DNA from: an uncultured Veillonellaceae bacterium | GTDB lineage: Bacteria; Bacillota; Negativicutes; JARBTT01 | Direction: 5' to 3' | DNA length: 64,000 nt | Assembly (NCBI GenBank): GCA_963805085.1 | Contig: CAWDTA010000001.1 | Coordinates: 160,001-224,000 of the forward strand | The notes under the pieces: model-generated | Seen by the model: only the letters and a program-made list of their open reading frames with translations | Told to the model about the DNA's origin: nothing | Databases searched by the model: none | In this document: in pieces, positions 19,992 through 32,729 of the stretch | Position numbering within the stretch: the stretch's first letter is position 1 | How the letters are laid out: every line of letters starts with the position of its first letter | Translations under genes and position numbers: made by a program

Positions 19992-20689
19992 CAGTAGATA
20001 CAGCGACATTGGTGTCGAGTGTGGCCGTGACAGCAGGAGACAAAGTATTAGCAGAGTTAACGTTACAAACGAAATTAACCCATTCTGAAGTATTGATGCC
20101 ACATATCAAACAAATTTTAGAGATGACAAAACTAGAAAAGAGCAAAATTGAAGCGATTGCCATTAGTATCGGGCCAGGCTCATTTACTGGTCTTCGTATC
20201 GGACTTGCCACAGCAAAAAGTATTGCGTATGCACTTGATATTCCAATGATTGGGGTATCTACGCTTGCCGCGCTTGCCTATAATTATCCTGTTGAAGGTG
20301 TCTATTTAGCGCCAATGCTTGATGCACAAAAGGGGAATGTATATGTTGCGTTATATACTTGGATCAATGGTGAATTGAAAGAAGTCTATGAACCAGTGGT
20401 AAGACCTTTTGAATCAGTACTGGAAATTAGTCAGACTTTAGATAAAACGGTTATTTTACAAGGCGAAGTTGCAGTGAAAAATGCAGCTAAAATTAAAGAG
20501 ACCGCTGGAAATATTCGTGTGGCAATGCCACATACGATTATGCCTAGGGCTGCAAGTGTTGCAATGCTTGGACAGGCTATGATGGAAAAAGGCATGATAC
20601 ATGATGTTATGACGTTAGAGCCACTATACATTAGACGTTCAGAAGCGGAAGAACTTTGGGAACGAAGAAATGGAATTAAAAATGACTGA
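19979..20689 (+). CDS. tsaB: t6A biosynthesis protein TsaB
   Basis: ILAVDTAT, HSE.LMP, GPGSFTGLRIG, EPLYIR. Confidence 0.95.
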   Translation: MPILAVDTATLVSSVAVTAGDKVLAELTLQTKLTHSEVLMPHIKQILEMTKLEKSKIEAIAISIGPGSFTGLRIGLATAKSIAYALDIPMIGVSTLAALAYNYPVEGVYLAPMLDAQKGNVYVALYTWINGELKEVYEPVVRPFESVLEISQTLDKTVILQGEVAVKNAAKIKETAGNIRVAMPHTIMPRAASVAMLGQAMMEKGMIHDVMTLEPLYIRRSEAEELWERRNGIKND

Positions 20690-21128
20690 ACTTACATATC
20701 GGGAAATGACGGAAAAGGATCTTGATGCTGTTGTCATTGTAGAGAATCAGTCATTCTCCTCACCTTGGACTCGGCAAGCTTTCAACGATGAGCTAGAAAA
20801 TCAGTTGGCCTATTATTTACTGGCAATTTTTGATGACAGAGTCGTTGGTTATGTAGGAATGTGGCTAATTCTTGATGAAGCGCATATTACCAATGTTGCT
20901 GTTTTGCCTAGCTATAGAAAGCTTGGCATTGGAAAATGTATGATGCGGAAAGCTTTAGATATTGCTAAGGCAAAGGGCGCACTTTCCATGACGCTTGAAG
21001 TCAGACCATCAAATGCAGTAGCGCTGGTATTATATAAAAATATAGGGTTTGAAAATGCGGGATTAAGAAAAAAATATTATGAAGATACTCAGGAAGATGC
21101 AATTATTATGTGGCTTCGTGAACTATAA
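20682..21128 (+). CDS. rimI: Ribosomal-protein-alanine N-acetyltransferase
   Basis: EAHITNVAV, LEVRPSN..A..LY...GF...G.RKKYY....EDAIIM. Conserved tsaB-rimI-tsaD order. Confidence 0.93.
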   Translation: MTELTYREMTEKDLDAVVIVENQSFSSPWTRQAFNDELENQLAYYLLAIFDDRVVGYVGMWLILDEAHITNVAVLPSYRKLGIGKCMMRKALDIAKAKGALSMTLEVRPSNAVALVLYKNIGFENAGLRKKYYEDTQEDAIIMWLREL

Positions 21129-21229
21129 TAGACAAAAAAATAGGCCGCTTTCGCAGGCCTTAGGGTGATTGGTAATATACTATATGTTATCACGATCAAT
21201 TTGGTTACTTAGATAATGGAGGTAGTAGA

Positions 21230-22270
21230 TTGGATATAGAAACAAATAAGGAAAAACCATGTTTAACATTAGCGATTGAAACAAGTTGTGACGAAACATC
21301 TGCGGCAATCATCGCCGATGGCCGTACTGTTCTAGCAAATATTATTTCAACACAAATTCCTGTTCATCAAAAATTTGGTGGTGTTGTGCCTGAAATCGCG
21401 TCTCGTAAACATATTGAAAATGTGATTCCTGTTATCGATGAATGCTTGAAGCAAGCCAATGTAAAATTAACGGAGATTTCCCATATTGGTGTCACGTATG
21501 GTCCGGGCTTAGTTGGGGCATTATTGGTAGGGGTAGCAGCGGCGAAAGCCTTGGCTTATACTTTAGATGTGCCGTTAATTGGGGTCAACCATTTAGAAGG
21601 ACACATCTTTGCGAATTTTTTGGCCAATCCTGACCTAGAACCACCATTTATAGCTTTAGTGGTATCTGGTGGGCATACATCACTTGTCCATGTAAAGGGA
21701 TATAACGAGTTTCAACTTCTTGGGCAAACCCGTGACGATGCAGCAGGTGAGGCTTTTGATAAAGTGGCTCGGGTTATGGGACTTCCTTACCCTGGTGGGC
21801 CACAAATTGATAAATTAGCACTGCAAGGTAACCCCGAGGCAATTGTTTTTCCTAAGGCACTAAATGAAAAAGGGAATTTTGAATTTAGTTTCAGTGGATT
21901 GAAATCTGCCGTACTTAACCATATTAATAGTGCCAAGCAAAAAGGCGAGGTAATTAATAATGCTGATGTGGCAGCAAGTTTCCAAAAAGCAGTTGTCGAT
22001 GTACTTACGGATAAAGCCTTGTCTGCAGTAAAGAAAATAAAGGTAAATACACTAGTACTAGCTGGTGGAGTAGCGGCGAACAGTGCACTTAATGCAAAAT
22101 TTACTGCCAATTGTGAAAAAGAAGGAATCAAATTTTATCATCCTAACATCATTTTATGCACAGATAATGCGGCAATGATTGCCTGTCGAGCATATTATCA
22201 AAGTAGGGCGGGCCTTTACGCCGATCTTTATTTGAATGCAGTGCCAAGTTTGAAATTAACCAACTTATAA
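21230..22270 (+). CDS. tsaD: tRNA N6-adenosine threonylcarbamoyltransferase TsaD
   Basis: [52 protein letters not shown]. Confidence 0.97.
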   Translation: MDIETNKEKPCLTLAIETSCDETSAAIIADGRTVLANIISTQIPVHQKFGGVVPEIASRKHIENVIPVIDECLKQANVKLTEISHIGVTYGPGLVGALLVGVAAAKALAYTLDVPLIGVNHLEGHIFANFLANPDLEPPFIALVVSGGHTSLVHVKGYNEFQLLGQTRDDAAGEAFDKVARVMGLPYPGGPQIDKLALQGNPEAIVFPKALNEKGNFEFSFSGLKSAVLNHINSAKQKGEVINNADVAASFQKAVVDVLTDKALSAVKKIKVNTLVLAGGVAANSALNAKFTANCEKEGIKFYHPNIILCTDNAAMIACRAYYQSRAGLYADLYLNAVPSLKLTNL

Positions 22271-22435
22271 AAGGTGTTTATGGAGTGTGCGATAATTATG
22301 ACATAAGGCGTTTTTAGTATAGATCAATTTTGTACTTTGTATATTTTATAAATTTATAAAATTCCCAGAGGATTTCACAAAATTAAGTTGAAGTTTATAT
22401 TTTATGTTGATGGATTGGGAGGGTTTTTTTCTAAT

Positions 22436-23866
22436 ATGGGATTTCTTTTAGATAAATGTCGGCAAATGACAAATTTATCTACCGTACAAATTGATATTTT
22501 AGATAAACTTAGTAGAAGTTTTCCTCTAGTATCAGATTTATCACATGCACATTTAACGGTGTATGCAAAAGTGGCAGATAAAGATGAGATTGTTGTAATC
22601 GCACAAATTGAACCGAATACTAGCTTTAGTCAATACAGGCCTAGTATCCTTGGAACCACTGTACGCACGGCTGAAGAACCTTTGGTGTGGCGTACCATGA
22701 CAACAGGTGAAGCGATTAAGGGAAAGCGTGAATGGGCTTGGGGCTTTATGTTATTAGATATGTATACCTTTGCAATCTATGATTATGACGAGCAGATCAT
22801 TGCCAGTGTAAGTTTTGAAACGAATTCAGAGGAATTGCGTATTGAAGGGTATGACTATTTATTAGAAACTGCATATAAACTGTTATTGAATGTAAAACTA
22901 CCAATAGATACAGAACTATATCGGCCTTTATCAGCGAGTGATGGGATTATTATTACCGATAAGCGTAGCAAAATAGTTTTTGCCAACACTGCGGCAAGTA
23001 GTATTTACAAAGTGCTGGGCGTTGGTAAAATGGTTGGTCATCATATTTTTGATCGCCAGATTACGATGCATATTACAAAAGAAACAACCGTGAGCCAAAG
23101 ACCCTATGAGAAAGAAATAGAAGCGGGAAATTTGGTCTTAGTTCAACGGAATATTCCTTTAATGAAAAATGATCAATTGGTGAGAACCGTTATTGTTGTT
23201 TCTGATGTTACAGAGTTAAAGAAAAAAGAAAAAGAATTGCTAATTAAATCTGCTGTTATTCAAGAAATTCATCATCGAGTCAAAAATAACTTGCAAACGA
23301 TTGCAAGTTTATTACGTTTACAATCGAGGCGTACCAATTCTGAAGAGGTTAAAGCAGCGCTGCGCGAAAGTGTGAATCGAATCCTTAGTATTTCGGTAGT
23401 GCACGAATTTTTATCACAACAGGATGCGGAAATTATTGATGTGGTTGAAGTTGCAAAAAATATTTTAGATTTGGTTATTCAGAATATGTTAGAACCTGAT
23501 TTTACACTCGAAACTAAATTTAGAGGCGAGACGATCATCTTACCATCAGAGCATGCCAGCAGTTTGGCGTTGGTTATGAATGAATTGATTCAAAACTCCA
23601 TTGAACATGGGTTTATTGGTTTAAAACAAGGCGTTATTGGTTTGGATATTACAACCAATAATGATAATTACCTAATTGATATTTACGATAATGGGACTGG
23701 GATACCTGAAAGCTTTAAACCGCAGGCGTCAAAAAGTTTGGGATTGCAAATTGTTAGGACGTTGATTGAAGATGATCTTAATGGAACTTTTGAATTGTAT
23801 AACGATCATGGGACGCATGCCAAAATAAAAATTCCCCGTAAAGTGGAGGGAGGAAACAGTAGATGA
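22436..23866 (+). CDS. Cytoplasmic sensor histidine kinase, PdtaS/EutW type (N-terminal GAF-like, PAS, HisKA_2)
   Basis: QEIHHRVKNNLQTIASLLRLQ H-box, NELIQNSIEHG, DNGTG, SLGLQIV. No TM segments. GGAGG RBS before 22436. Confidence 0.9.
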   Translation: MGFLLDKCRQMTNLSTVQIDILDKLSRSFPLVSDLSHAHLTVYAKVADKDEIVVIAQIEPNTSFSQYRPSILGTTVRTAEEPLVWRTMTTGEAIKGKREWAWGFMLLDMYTFAIYDYDEQIIASVSFETNSEELRIEGYDYLLETAYKLLLNVKLPIDTELYRPLSASDGIIITDKRSKIVFANTAASSIYKVLGVGKMVGHHIFDRQITMHITKETTVSQRPYEKEIEAGNLVLVQRNIPLMKNDQLVRTVIVVSDVTELKKKEKELLIKSAVIQEIHHRVKNNLQTIASLLRLQSRRTNSEEVKAALRESVNRILSISVVHEFLSQQDAEIIDVVEVAKNILDLVIQNMLEPDFTLETKFRGETIILPSEHASSLALVMNELIQNSIEHGFIGLKQGVIGLDITTNNDNYLIDIYDNGTGIPESFKPQASKSLGLQIVRTLIEDDLNGTFELYNDHGTHAKIKIPRKVEGGNSR

Positions 23867-24444
23867 GAGCTTTGAAAATTGTAATTGCTGATAATGAGTC
23901 TATCATTCGAATGGATTTAAAAGAGATTTTAGAAGAAGCTGGTCATGAAGTTGTTGGCGAAGCAACAGATGGTGCAAAAGCGATTGATTTAACACGCAAA
24001 TTTAAACCAGATCTGGTTATTATGGATATTAAGATGCCAGAGATGGATGGCATTGCAGCTGCTAAGGTTATTTCTAATGATAAAATTGCCCCGGTTTTGC
24101 TCCTCACGGCATTTAGTCAAAAAGAAATCGTCGATAAAGCAAAAGACTCTGGCGTGCTGGCTTATTTAGTAAAGCCAGTGAAAGAAAGTAATTTATTTCC
24201 AGCAATGGAAATTGCCATGTCGCGGTTTGAAGAGATTGAACAATTGGAACATGAGCTAGACGACGTGAAAAATTCCCTAGAGATGCGGAAGATTCTGGAC
24301 CGTGCGAAAGGTATTTTAATGGATGCCTATAGCTTAAGTGAAAGTGAAGCATATCGGAGAATTCAACAATATAGCATGGCAAAACGTAAGACAATTAAAG
24401 AAGTCGCTCAAGCAATTATAGATTCTGTTTTAAAAAATAAATAA
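23863..24444 (+). CDS. ANTAR-domain response regulator (PdtaR/EutV type)
   Basis: REC domain (IADNE..IRMDL, MDIKMP, YLVKP) plus ANTAR (RKILDRAKGILM....SESEAYRRIQQYSM). Confidence 0.93.
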   Translation: MRALKIVIADNESIIRMDLKEILEEAGHEVVGEATDGAKAIDLTRKFKPDLVIMDIKMPEMDGIAAAKVISNDKIAPVLLLTAFSQKEIVDKAKDSGVLAYLVKPVKESNLFPAMEIAMSRFEEIEQLEHELDDVKNSLEMRKILDRAKGILMDAYSLSESEAYRRIQQYSMAKRKTIKEVAQAIIDSVLKNK

Positions 24445-24455
24445 TTTATAGCATG

Positions 24456-24493
24456 TAAAAGCGTTCTAGAAATTTCACTAGAACGCTTTTTAT
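24456..24493 (+). terminator. Intrinsic terminator
   Basis: TAAAAGCGTTCTAG / CTAGAACGCTTTTTA. Confidence 0.8.
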
Positions 24494-24658
24494 TTGATAG
24501 CATGTATAAATAACTGGTAATTGCATATAATTTTACTATGTGATTGTATATGTTTTATATATGATGGCGTAATATTGAGCAATTTTGCAATAAAAGTTGA
24601 TTTCAACAGGATTTTGCAAAATTTTTTTCGTAAAAAGGTAAAAATTTGATTATTGGTA

Positions 24659-24687
24659 TTGCTTTTTATCGGCGAATTTTATATTAT
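24659..24687 (+). promoter_or_regulatory. Sigma-A promoter of groESL
   Basis: TTGCTT-N17-TATTAT directly upstream of CIRCE. Confidence 0.6.
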
Positions 24688-24698
24688 GAAATATGTAA

Positions 24699-24727
24699 TT
24701 AGCACTCACTACTAAATAGAGTGCTAA
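24699..24727 (+). promoter_or_regulatory. CIRCE element (HrcA operator)
   Basis: TTAGCACTC-ACTACTAAATA-GAGTGCTAA. The arms are perfect, but the spacer reads 11 nt instead of the canonical 9. Confidence 0.9.
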
Positions 24728-24769
24728 CAAAATTAAAATTTTATATATTATAAAGGAGGTCACTACAAA

Positions 24770-26752
<1,983 letters not shown>

Positions 26753-26807
26753 TTAACGCTTTTACAAATACCACGATTTGTAACGTTTCAGATCTTTTAT
26801 TATGAAT

Positions 26808-26846
26808 GAAAAAACACACTTACAATTTTGTAAGTGTGTTTTTTGT
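26808..26846. terminator. Bidirectional terminator (groEL / YeiH-like gene)
   Basis: AAAAAACACACTTACA / TGTAAGTGTGTTTTTT. Confidence 0.8.
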
Positions 26847-26876
26847 TGCCGAAATTTTGTTGTCTGTGCAATATCC

Positions 26877-27857
26877 TTATATCAAGCCAATTGCAAATTG
26901 TACAAGCAAAGATACAACTGCAACGGCGATCCAACAGGCGAGTCCGAGGATAATTGGGCGAATACCGTTATTGATGAGCTGTTTTAAGTTGGTGTTTAAA
27001 CCAATTGCGCTCATGGCTAAGATGATGCAAAACTTACCAGCATTGCCTAGAAATTTTGATAGCTCTGTAGGTAATACACCGATCGTATTTACGATGGATG
27101 CAACGACAAACCAAAGGATAAAGTAAGGAAAAATTTTTGCAATGTTGAAGTTGCCAGCTTTGGCACTATTTCTAGAGGTTATAATGGCTAGAATAATACA
27201 AATTGGAACAATCATCAAAGCGCGGGTCAATTTTACAATTGTCGCATAATCGCCAGCAGCTAAACTGTAAGAATAACCAGCCGCTACAACCGAAGAAGTA
27301 TCATTGATGGCAGTACCTGCCCACATACCAAACCCTGTATCGGAAAAATTGAAGTAATGGCCTAATGCAGGAAAGATGAATACAGCTATAACATTGAATA
27401 AAAAAATCGTTGATATGGAAAAAGCAACTGTTTTATCTTTCGCACCGATGACGGGAGCAATCGCTGCAATAGCAGAGCCACCACAAATTGCAGTGCCTCC
27501 ACCTACTAATAAAGTAGTGTGCATATCTAATTTCAAGAGTTTACCAACAAAAAATGCCGTTAAGAATGCGGTGCTTAAGGTGCAAAACATGACCGATAAA
27601 GATTGTGTGCCAACGTTAAGTACAACATATAAGTTCATTTCGAAACCGAGTAAGATAATAGAGTATTGTAAAATCTTTTTACCTGTAAACTTAATGCCTG
27701 CTTCCAGTGCTTCTGGACGCTTAAAGCTGGCGGCGAGCATTCCTAATAAAATACCAAATACTGGACCACCGATAATTGGAAACTGATTACCTAAAAACCA
27801 AGCTGGTATAGCAAAAATAAGTGAAAAAATGATACCTTTTAATAATTTTAAATTCAT
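26877..27857 (-). CDS. YeiH/UPF0324 family membrane protein (putative sulfate exporter)
   Basis: GTAICGGSAIAAIAP, FGMWAGTAINDTSSVVAAG, VKLTR. Multi-TM. Confidence 0.9.
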   Translation of the reverse strand: MNLKLLKGIIFSLIFAIPAWFLGNQFPIIGGPVFGILLGMLAASFKRPEALEAGIKFTGKKILQYSIILLGFEMNLYVVLNVGTQSLSVMFCTLSTAFLTAFFVGKLLKLDMHTTLLVGGGTAICGGSAIAAIAPVIGAKDKTVAFSISTIFLFNVIAVFIFPALGHYFNFSDTGFGMWAGTAINDTSSVVAAGYSYSLAAGDYATIVKLTRALMIVPICIILAIITSRNSAKAGNFNIAKIFPYFILWFVVASIVNTIGVLPTELSKFLGNAGKFCIILAMSAIGLNTNLKQLINNGIRPIILGLACWIAVAVVSLLVQFAIGLI

Positions 27858-27965
27858 AAAATGTCATCTCCTTTTGTTGAAGCTAGTGTAACATTTGCAT
27901 ATACATATGTAAAATAATATAATTAAATAAAAACGATAGGCTAATACCTATATATGGAGGGTATA

Positions 27966-28850
27966 ATGACACTAAGACATTTAACGATCTTTATTTTTGT
28001 TTGTGATGAGGGGAGTATGACAAGAGCGGCGGATAAAATGCATATGGCCCAGCCGTCGGTGAGTCAAGTGATTAGCGAACTGGAAAAACATTATAATGTA
28101 CGTTTATTTGAACGCTTGGGGAGACAGCTATTTTTAACGGTGGCAGGTGAAAAATTGCTGACCTATGCTAGGCATATTGTGAATCTAAATAATCAAACTG
28201 AGGAAGCAATGCGACGGTTTGGCAATATCTATCACGTTCGGCTCGGGGCCAGTGTTACGATTGGCGAATGCGTTTTGATTGATTTACTGAAGTCGTTGTA
28301 TAAAATTTATCCAGAGAATCAGATTACTTCTGCGATTCATAATACCGCGGTGCTAGAAGAAATGCTATTAACCGATGCACTCGACATTGCTATGATCGAA
28401 GGAAGAGTTCAATCGGAGTTTTTGATTACCAGCCCGTTTATGAATGATGAATTGATTTTCATTGCGAAAAAAAATCATCCATTAGCAAAGCAAGAGAAAA
28501 TTAGTTTTCTTGAGTTAGAAAACGTTGACTTTTTTGTGCGTGAAGAAGGCAGTGGAACACGAAATTTATTTGAACAGGTCATGAACAATCACAATATTCA
28601 TTGTCATATTATTGGAACTTATAATAATGCGGAAACAATAAAAAAAGCGGTTGAAGCAGGCATGGGCATCAGCGTAATATCCAAGCTGGCAGTAAGAGCT
28701 GAACTAGAAAGTGGTGAGCTTTGTCAATTGAAAGTTGATGAACTTGTTTTTAAGCGGAAATTTCATATTGTGTATCATAAAAATAAATATATTTCCGAAA
28801 CACTAAAGACAATTATAAATTTTTGTCAACATATGACGGAGGTGGAATAA
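27966..28850 (+). CDS. LysR-family regulator (YeiE/CysL-like), divergent from the YeiH-like gene
   Basis: MTLRHL.IF...GSMTRAA..HMAQPSVSQ HTH and REEGSGTR motif. Confidence 0.92.
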   Translation: MTLRHLTIFIFVCDEGSMTRAADKMHMAQPSVSQVISELEKHYNVRLFERLGRQLFLTVAGEKLLTYARHIVNLNNQTEEAMRRFGNIYHVRLGASVTIGECVLIDLLKSLYKIYPENQITSAIHNTAVLEEMLLTDALDIAMIEGRVQSEFLITSPFMNDELIFIAKKNHPLAKQEKISFLELENVDFFVREEGSGTRNLFEQVMNNHNIHCHIIGTYNNAETIKKAVEAGMGISVISKLAVRAELESGELCQLKVDELVFKRKFHIVYHKNKYISETLKTIINFCQHMTEVE

Positions 28851-28902
28851 AAATGGTCTTTTCGCATAGAGTTTTATAAGTTAGATGCGAGGAGGACTTT
28901 TT

Positions 28903-29643
28903 ATGGTAATTAATTTACGTGGTTTGCTGAAAAACCGCAATGTCATGTGCGCTTTATTTGGCTTACTTGTACTCAGTGCAACGTATTTGCAGATTACAGA
29001 AATTTTGACAAGTGGACCTATTGCCATTGCAGGAACAAAGACAGAACAAAAAGTGGTAGCACTTACCTTTGATCATTCTTGGGGAAATAAATTCACGCCA
29101 GCCATTTTAGAAACTTTAAAACAAAATAATCAAAAAGTTACTTTTTTTATTATGGGACCATGGGCTTTGAAATATCCCGAAGTTGCCAAACAAATTGCTG
29201 CTGATGGGCATGAAATTGCTAGCCATGGTCATAGACATCAAAACTACGGTGATCGGACAGCGGAATGGGTTAGAAATGATTTGCAAACGGCGCATGCCGA
29301 AATTAAAGAAGCTACAGGTGTCGATTGTTCCTTGATGCGTCCGCCTAATGGAAGTTATAGTAAAGAATCGTTAAATACCGTGGATCAAATGGGATATAAA
29401 ACAATTATTTGGAATATCGATTCGTTAGATTGGAAAAATCCCGGACGTGATGTAGTGATCGAAAGAGTGATAAAACGGTTGAAACCTGGCGGGATTATTC
29501 TGATGCATGCTTCAGATACACCGCAGCAAACTGCCGAAGCCTTGCCAATTATTTTGGATAGAATCAAAGCAGAAGGATACAAAATAGTTACTGTAGGAGA
29601 ATTGCTTGCAAATTATGCCGAAGGTGGTGTGTTAAGACATTGA
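28903..29643 (+). CDS. pdaB: Polysaccharide deacetylase, PdaB-like sporulation protein
   Basis: VALTFDHSWG, TFF..G.W, GHEIASHG..H, RPPNG, DSLDWKNPG, ILMHASD. Weak SigE-like -10 (CATAGAGT) upstream. Confidence 0.75.
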   Translation: MVINLRGLLKNRNVMCALFGLLVLSATYLQITEILTSGPIAIAGTKTEQKVVALTFDHSWGNKFTPAILETLKQNNQKVTFFIMGPWALKYPEVAKQIAADGHEIASHGHRHQNYGDRTAEWVRNDLQTAHAEIKEATGVDCSLMRPPNGSYSKESLNTVDQMGYKTIIWNIDSLDWKNPGRDVVIERVIKRLKPGGIILMHASDTPQQTAEALPIILDRIKAEGYKIVTVGELLANYAEGGVLRH

Positions 29644-29750
29644 TTAGTTTTAGCAATCTAGCAGGAAAATAAATATCTTAGCACGAAATATAAACAGTTA
29701 TGGAGTAAAAGAAACTTATTATTTATTTTTATGCAAGAGGTGAAACATTC

Positions 29751-30848
29751 ATGGCGAATACATTGACAGCAGCGCAAAAAGCAGCGGCAGGAGAAAGATT
29801 GACGTTAGAAGATGCGCTCAAGTTGTATCACTCTGATGATTTATTAAATTTAGCGACATGGGCGAGAGCGGCGAAAGAGCGTAAGAGTGGTAGGGAAGTT
29901 TATTATAATGTGAATCGGCATATAAACTTAACGAACATTTGCGTATCGGGATGTCCATTATGTGCTTTTGCTTGTAAACCAGAAGAAAAACGTGCGTATG
30001 TGATGAGTGAAGAGGAAGTTGTTGAAATCGTAAAAAGCACAGTAGCAAAAACCCCGGGGCTAAGCGAAATTCATATGGTGAGCGCGTTGCATCCAGATAA
30101 GAAGTTCGACTACTATTTAAATATTGTAAAAGCAGTGAAAAAGACATTGCCAGATGTGCATTTAAAAGCGTTTACACCAGTAGAAATCGTACATTTTGCC
30201 AAAATAGCGAATCAATCGATTGGCGAAGTATTGACGAGGTTAAAAGAAGCTGGGTTAGATTCTTTGCCAGGTGGTGGTGCGGAAATTTTGGACGATGAAG
30301 TTCGTAAGATCATTTGTCCCAACAAAGCAACGTCTGCCCAGTGGATTGAAACGATTAAGACAGCGCACAAGTTGGGTATTCTGACGAATGCTACGATATT
30401 ATATGGGCACGTAGAAACAATCGAGCAACGGCTCAAACATTTGATTACGCTTCGTGAGATTCAAGATGAAACTGGCGGATTCCAAGCGTTCGTTTCATTC
30501 CCATTTCATCCGGCGAATACAGGATTTCCTGAAATAAAGAGAGGTTCTTCATGGGAAGATTTAAAGTTTATTGCAATCGCCAGATTGGTCTTAGATAATT
30601 TTGACCATATTAAGGGCTTTTGGATGATGTTGACGATGCCGATTGCACAACTTTCTTTGGCTTTTGGGGTTGATGATTTAGATGGTACGGTCGAAGAAGA
30701 AAAAATTATTCATGCAGCTGGTGCGGAAACAAAAAAAGGAATTACCAAACAAGATATTATAAAAATTGTTTCTGAAACTGGCTATATCCCAGTGGAAAGA
30801 GATACTTTCTATCAACCAATTAAATTAGAAAGTAATGGAGTTGAGTAA
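29751..30848 (+). CDS. mqnE: Aminofutalosine synthase (radical SAM)
   Basis: NRHINLTNICVSGCPLCAF, HLKAFT, PGGGAEI, HIKGFW, DDLDGTV.EEKI.HAAGA. Confidence 0.9.
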   Translation: MANTLTAAQKAAAGERLTLEDALKLYHSDDLLNLATWARAAKERKSGREVYYNVNRHINLTNICVSGCPLCAFACKPEEKRAYVMSEEEVVEIVKSTVAKTPGLSEIHMVSALHPDKKFDYYLNIVKAVKKTLPDVHLKAFTPVEIVHFAKIANQSIGEVLTRLKEAGLDSLPGGGAEILDDEVRKIICPNKATSAQWIETIKTAHKLGILTNATILYGHVETIEQRLKHLITLREIQDETGGFQAFVSFPFHPANTGFPEIKRGSSWEDLKFIAIARLVLDNFDHIKGFWMMLTMPIAQLSLAFGVDDLDGTVEEEKIIHAAGAETKKGITKQDIIKIVSETGYIPVERDTFYQPIKLESNGVE

Positions 30849-30849
30849 G

Positions 30850-31689
30850 ATGGCAAATCCAAAAGTAGGGCATATTAACTTTATCAATTGTTTGCCTTTG
30901 ACCTATAGTTTTCATGAAGATGGCTTTGATCAAGGTCTGGATATTCATGCGGCAGTACCTTCCGTGCTCAACAATGATATTGTCAATTCTCGTTTAGATG
31001 TTAGCCCGGTATCCTCGATTATTTATGCGCGTAATAGTGAAAAATTTATGATTTTACCGGATGTATCAATCACCGCAGATGGTGCAGTACAAAGTATTAT
31101 TTTAGTATCGAAAAGGCCCATTGAAGAATTAAAAACCGATAAAATTATTTTAACAGCAAAATCGGCAACGTCACATTGCTTGTTAAAAATCGTATTAAAT
31201 AAAAAGTATGGGGCGAAACCCAATTATTATATTCGCATTGTTGATATGCAAAAGATTATTCCTGATGATGCGACCGCTACATTATTAATTGGTGATGATG
31301 CGTTATATGCTTATCATAACCAACAAGATGGTTTATATTATTATGATATCGGTATAGAATGGAAAAAACTTACGGGGCTTCGTATGGTTTACGCAGTATG
31401 GGTTGTTAACCGCGATTTTGCAAAAAATAAACCAGAATTATTGCAACTGGTTTATGATAGGGTTACACGGGGTTTTAAAAATGGTTACAAGAAGAAAGCA
31501 AAAGCGATACATACCATCGTTTATGATAAACCGTTTACTTTTGCCCAATTGGATGATTATTTAGAAGTGATTACATGGGATTTTACGACTGAGCATAAAA
31601 AAGCTCTGTTAACTTTTTATGAAATGGCACATGAGTTGAATTTGATTGATCATGTACCAGAAATTGAAATCGCGGAGGTTTTTAAATGA
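30850..31689 (+). CDS. mqnA: Chorismate dehydratase (futalosine pathway)
   Basis: VGHINFINCLPL, P..LN, LDVSPVSS, G.V.SI, SATS..L, LLIGDDAL, EWKKLTGL.MVYAVW. Confidence 0.9.
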   Translation: MANPKVGHINFINCLPLTYSFHEDGFDQGLDIHAAVPSVLNNDIVNSRLDVSPVSSIIYARNSEKFMILPDVSITADGAVQSIILVSKRPIEELKTDKIILTAKSATSHCLLKIVLNKKYGAKPNYYIRIVDMQKIIPDDATATLLIGDDALYAYHNQQDGLYYYDIGIEWKKLTGLRMVYAVWVVNRDFAKNKPELLQLVYDRVTRGFKNGYKKKAKAIHTIVYDKPFTFAQLDDYLEVITWDFTTEHKKALLTFYEMAHELNLIDHVPEIEIAEVFK

Positions 31690-32729
31690 GCTTAACGGAA
31701 CAAGCAGGCTTAGAATTACTTCAGCATACTGATATTTTAGAGCTTGGTAAGATGGCAGATGCGATGCGGCAAAAGCTTCATCCCGGGAAAACGGTAACCT
31801 TTGTTATTGATCGTAATATCAACTATAGTAATGTTTGCGTGAGCGAATGCAAGTTTTGTGCCTTTTTCCGCCCCCAAAATCATAAAGATGCCTATATTTT
31901 ATCAATGGAAACTATGCTGAAAAAAATAAAAGAAACGATTGCTGCCGGTGGTACGCAAGTCATGATCCAGGGGGGCTTGCACCCCGAATTGGATTTGAAG
32001 TTTTATTTAAATTTATTACAAACGATTAAGAAAAACTACGATATCACGATTCATTCCTTTTCGCCAGCAGAGATTGTGCACATGGCGAAAAAGGCAAATC
32101 TTTCGGTCGTAGATACGTTAAAAGAACTACAAGCAGCGGGACTTGATTCACTGCCAGGTGGTGGTGCGGAAATCTTAGTTGATGAAGTCAGACAACGCGT
32201 AAGTCCGAAAAAAATTAGCGCAGATGAGTGGCTAGATGTTATGGAATGTGCCCATAGCATTGGGATGCAAAGTACGGCCACAATGGTGATTGGTATGGGG
32301 GAAACGCTGGCGCAGCGTATTGAGCATATGGAAAAAGTCCGTGCTTTGCAAGAAAAAACGGGCGGATTCCGCGCTTTTATTACATGGAGTTTCCAACCGG
32401 GCAATACGGCCCTAGGCGGTGAAAAAACTTCTGCTTGGGATTACCTTACAACACTCGCAACGACGAGACTTTATTTAGATAATATCAAACATATCCAAGG
32501 TTCTTGGGTAACTCAAGGTCAAAATATTGGACAACTTACGTTAGCGTTTGGTGCGAATGATTTGGGCAGTATCATGTTAGAGGAAAATGTGGTAAGAGCC
32601 GCTGGCACAGCCTATCAAATGTCGATTGATAAAATGGTTGGCATGATTGAAGCTACGGGTAGAGTTGCCGCACAACGTGATACCGAATATAATATAATGA
32701 AAAGATTTAATGGAGCGATAAAAGAATGA
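31686..32729 (+). CDS. mqnC: Cyclic dehypoxanthine futalosine synthase (radical SAM)
   Basis: VTFVIDRNINYSNVC...CKFCAF, QGGLHP, HIQGSWVTQG, GANDLGSIMLEENVV.AAG. Confidence 0.92.
   Translation: MSLTEQAGLELLQHTDILELGKMADAMRQKLHPGKTVTFVIDRNINYSNVCVSECKFCAFFRPQNHKDAYILSMETMLKKIKETIAAGGTQVMIQGGLHPELDLKFYLNLLQTIKKNYDITIHSFSPAEIVHMAKKANLSVVDTLKELQAAGLDSLPGGGAEILVDEVRQRVSPKKISADEWLDVMECAHSIGMQSTATMVIGMGETLAQRIEHMEKVRALQEKTGGFRAFITWSFQPGNTALGGEKTSAWDYLTTLATTRLYLDNIKHIQGSWVTQGQNIGQLTLAFGANDLGSIMLEENVVRAAGTAYQMSIDKMVGMIEATGRVAAQRDTEYNIMKRFNGAIKE

Noticed and set aside
24556-24592. Possible ANTAR-binding hairpins in the groES upstream region
   Set aside because: The loop lacks the conserved first A, there is no second hairpin or overlapping terminator, and it lies upstream of the likely promoter.
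26755-26788. Small inverted repeat TTACAAAT-N6-ATTTGTAA right after groEL as an att-site relic
   Set aside because: No second copy or mobile genes nearby. Too weak to call.
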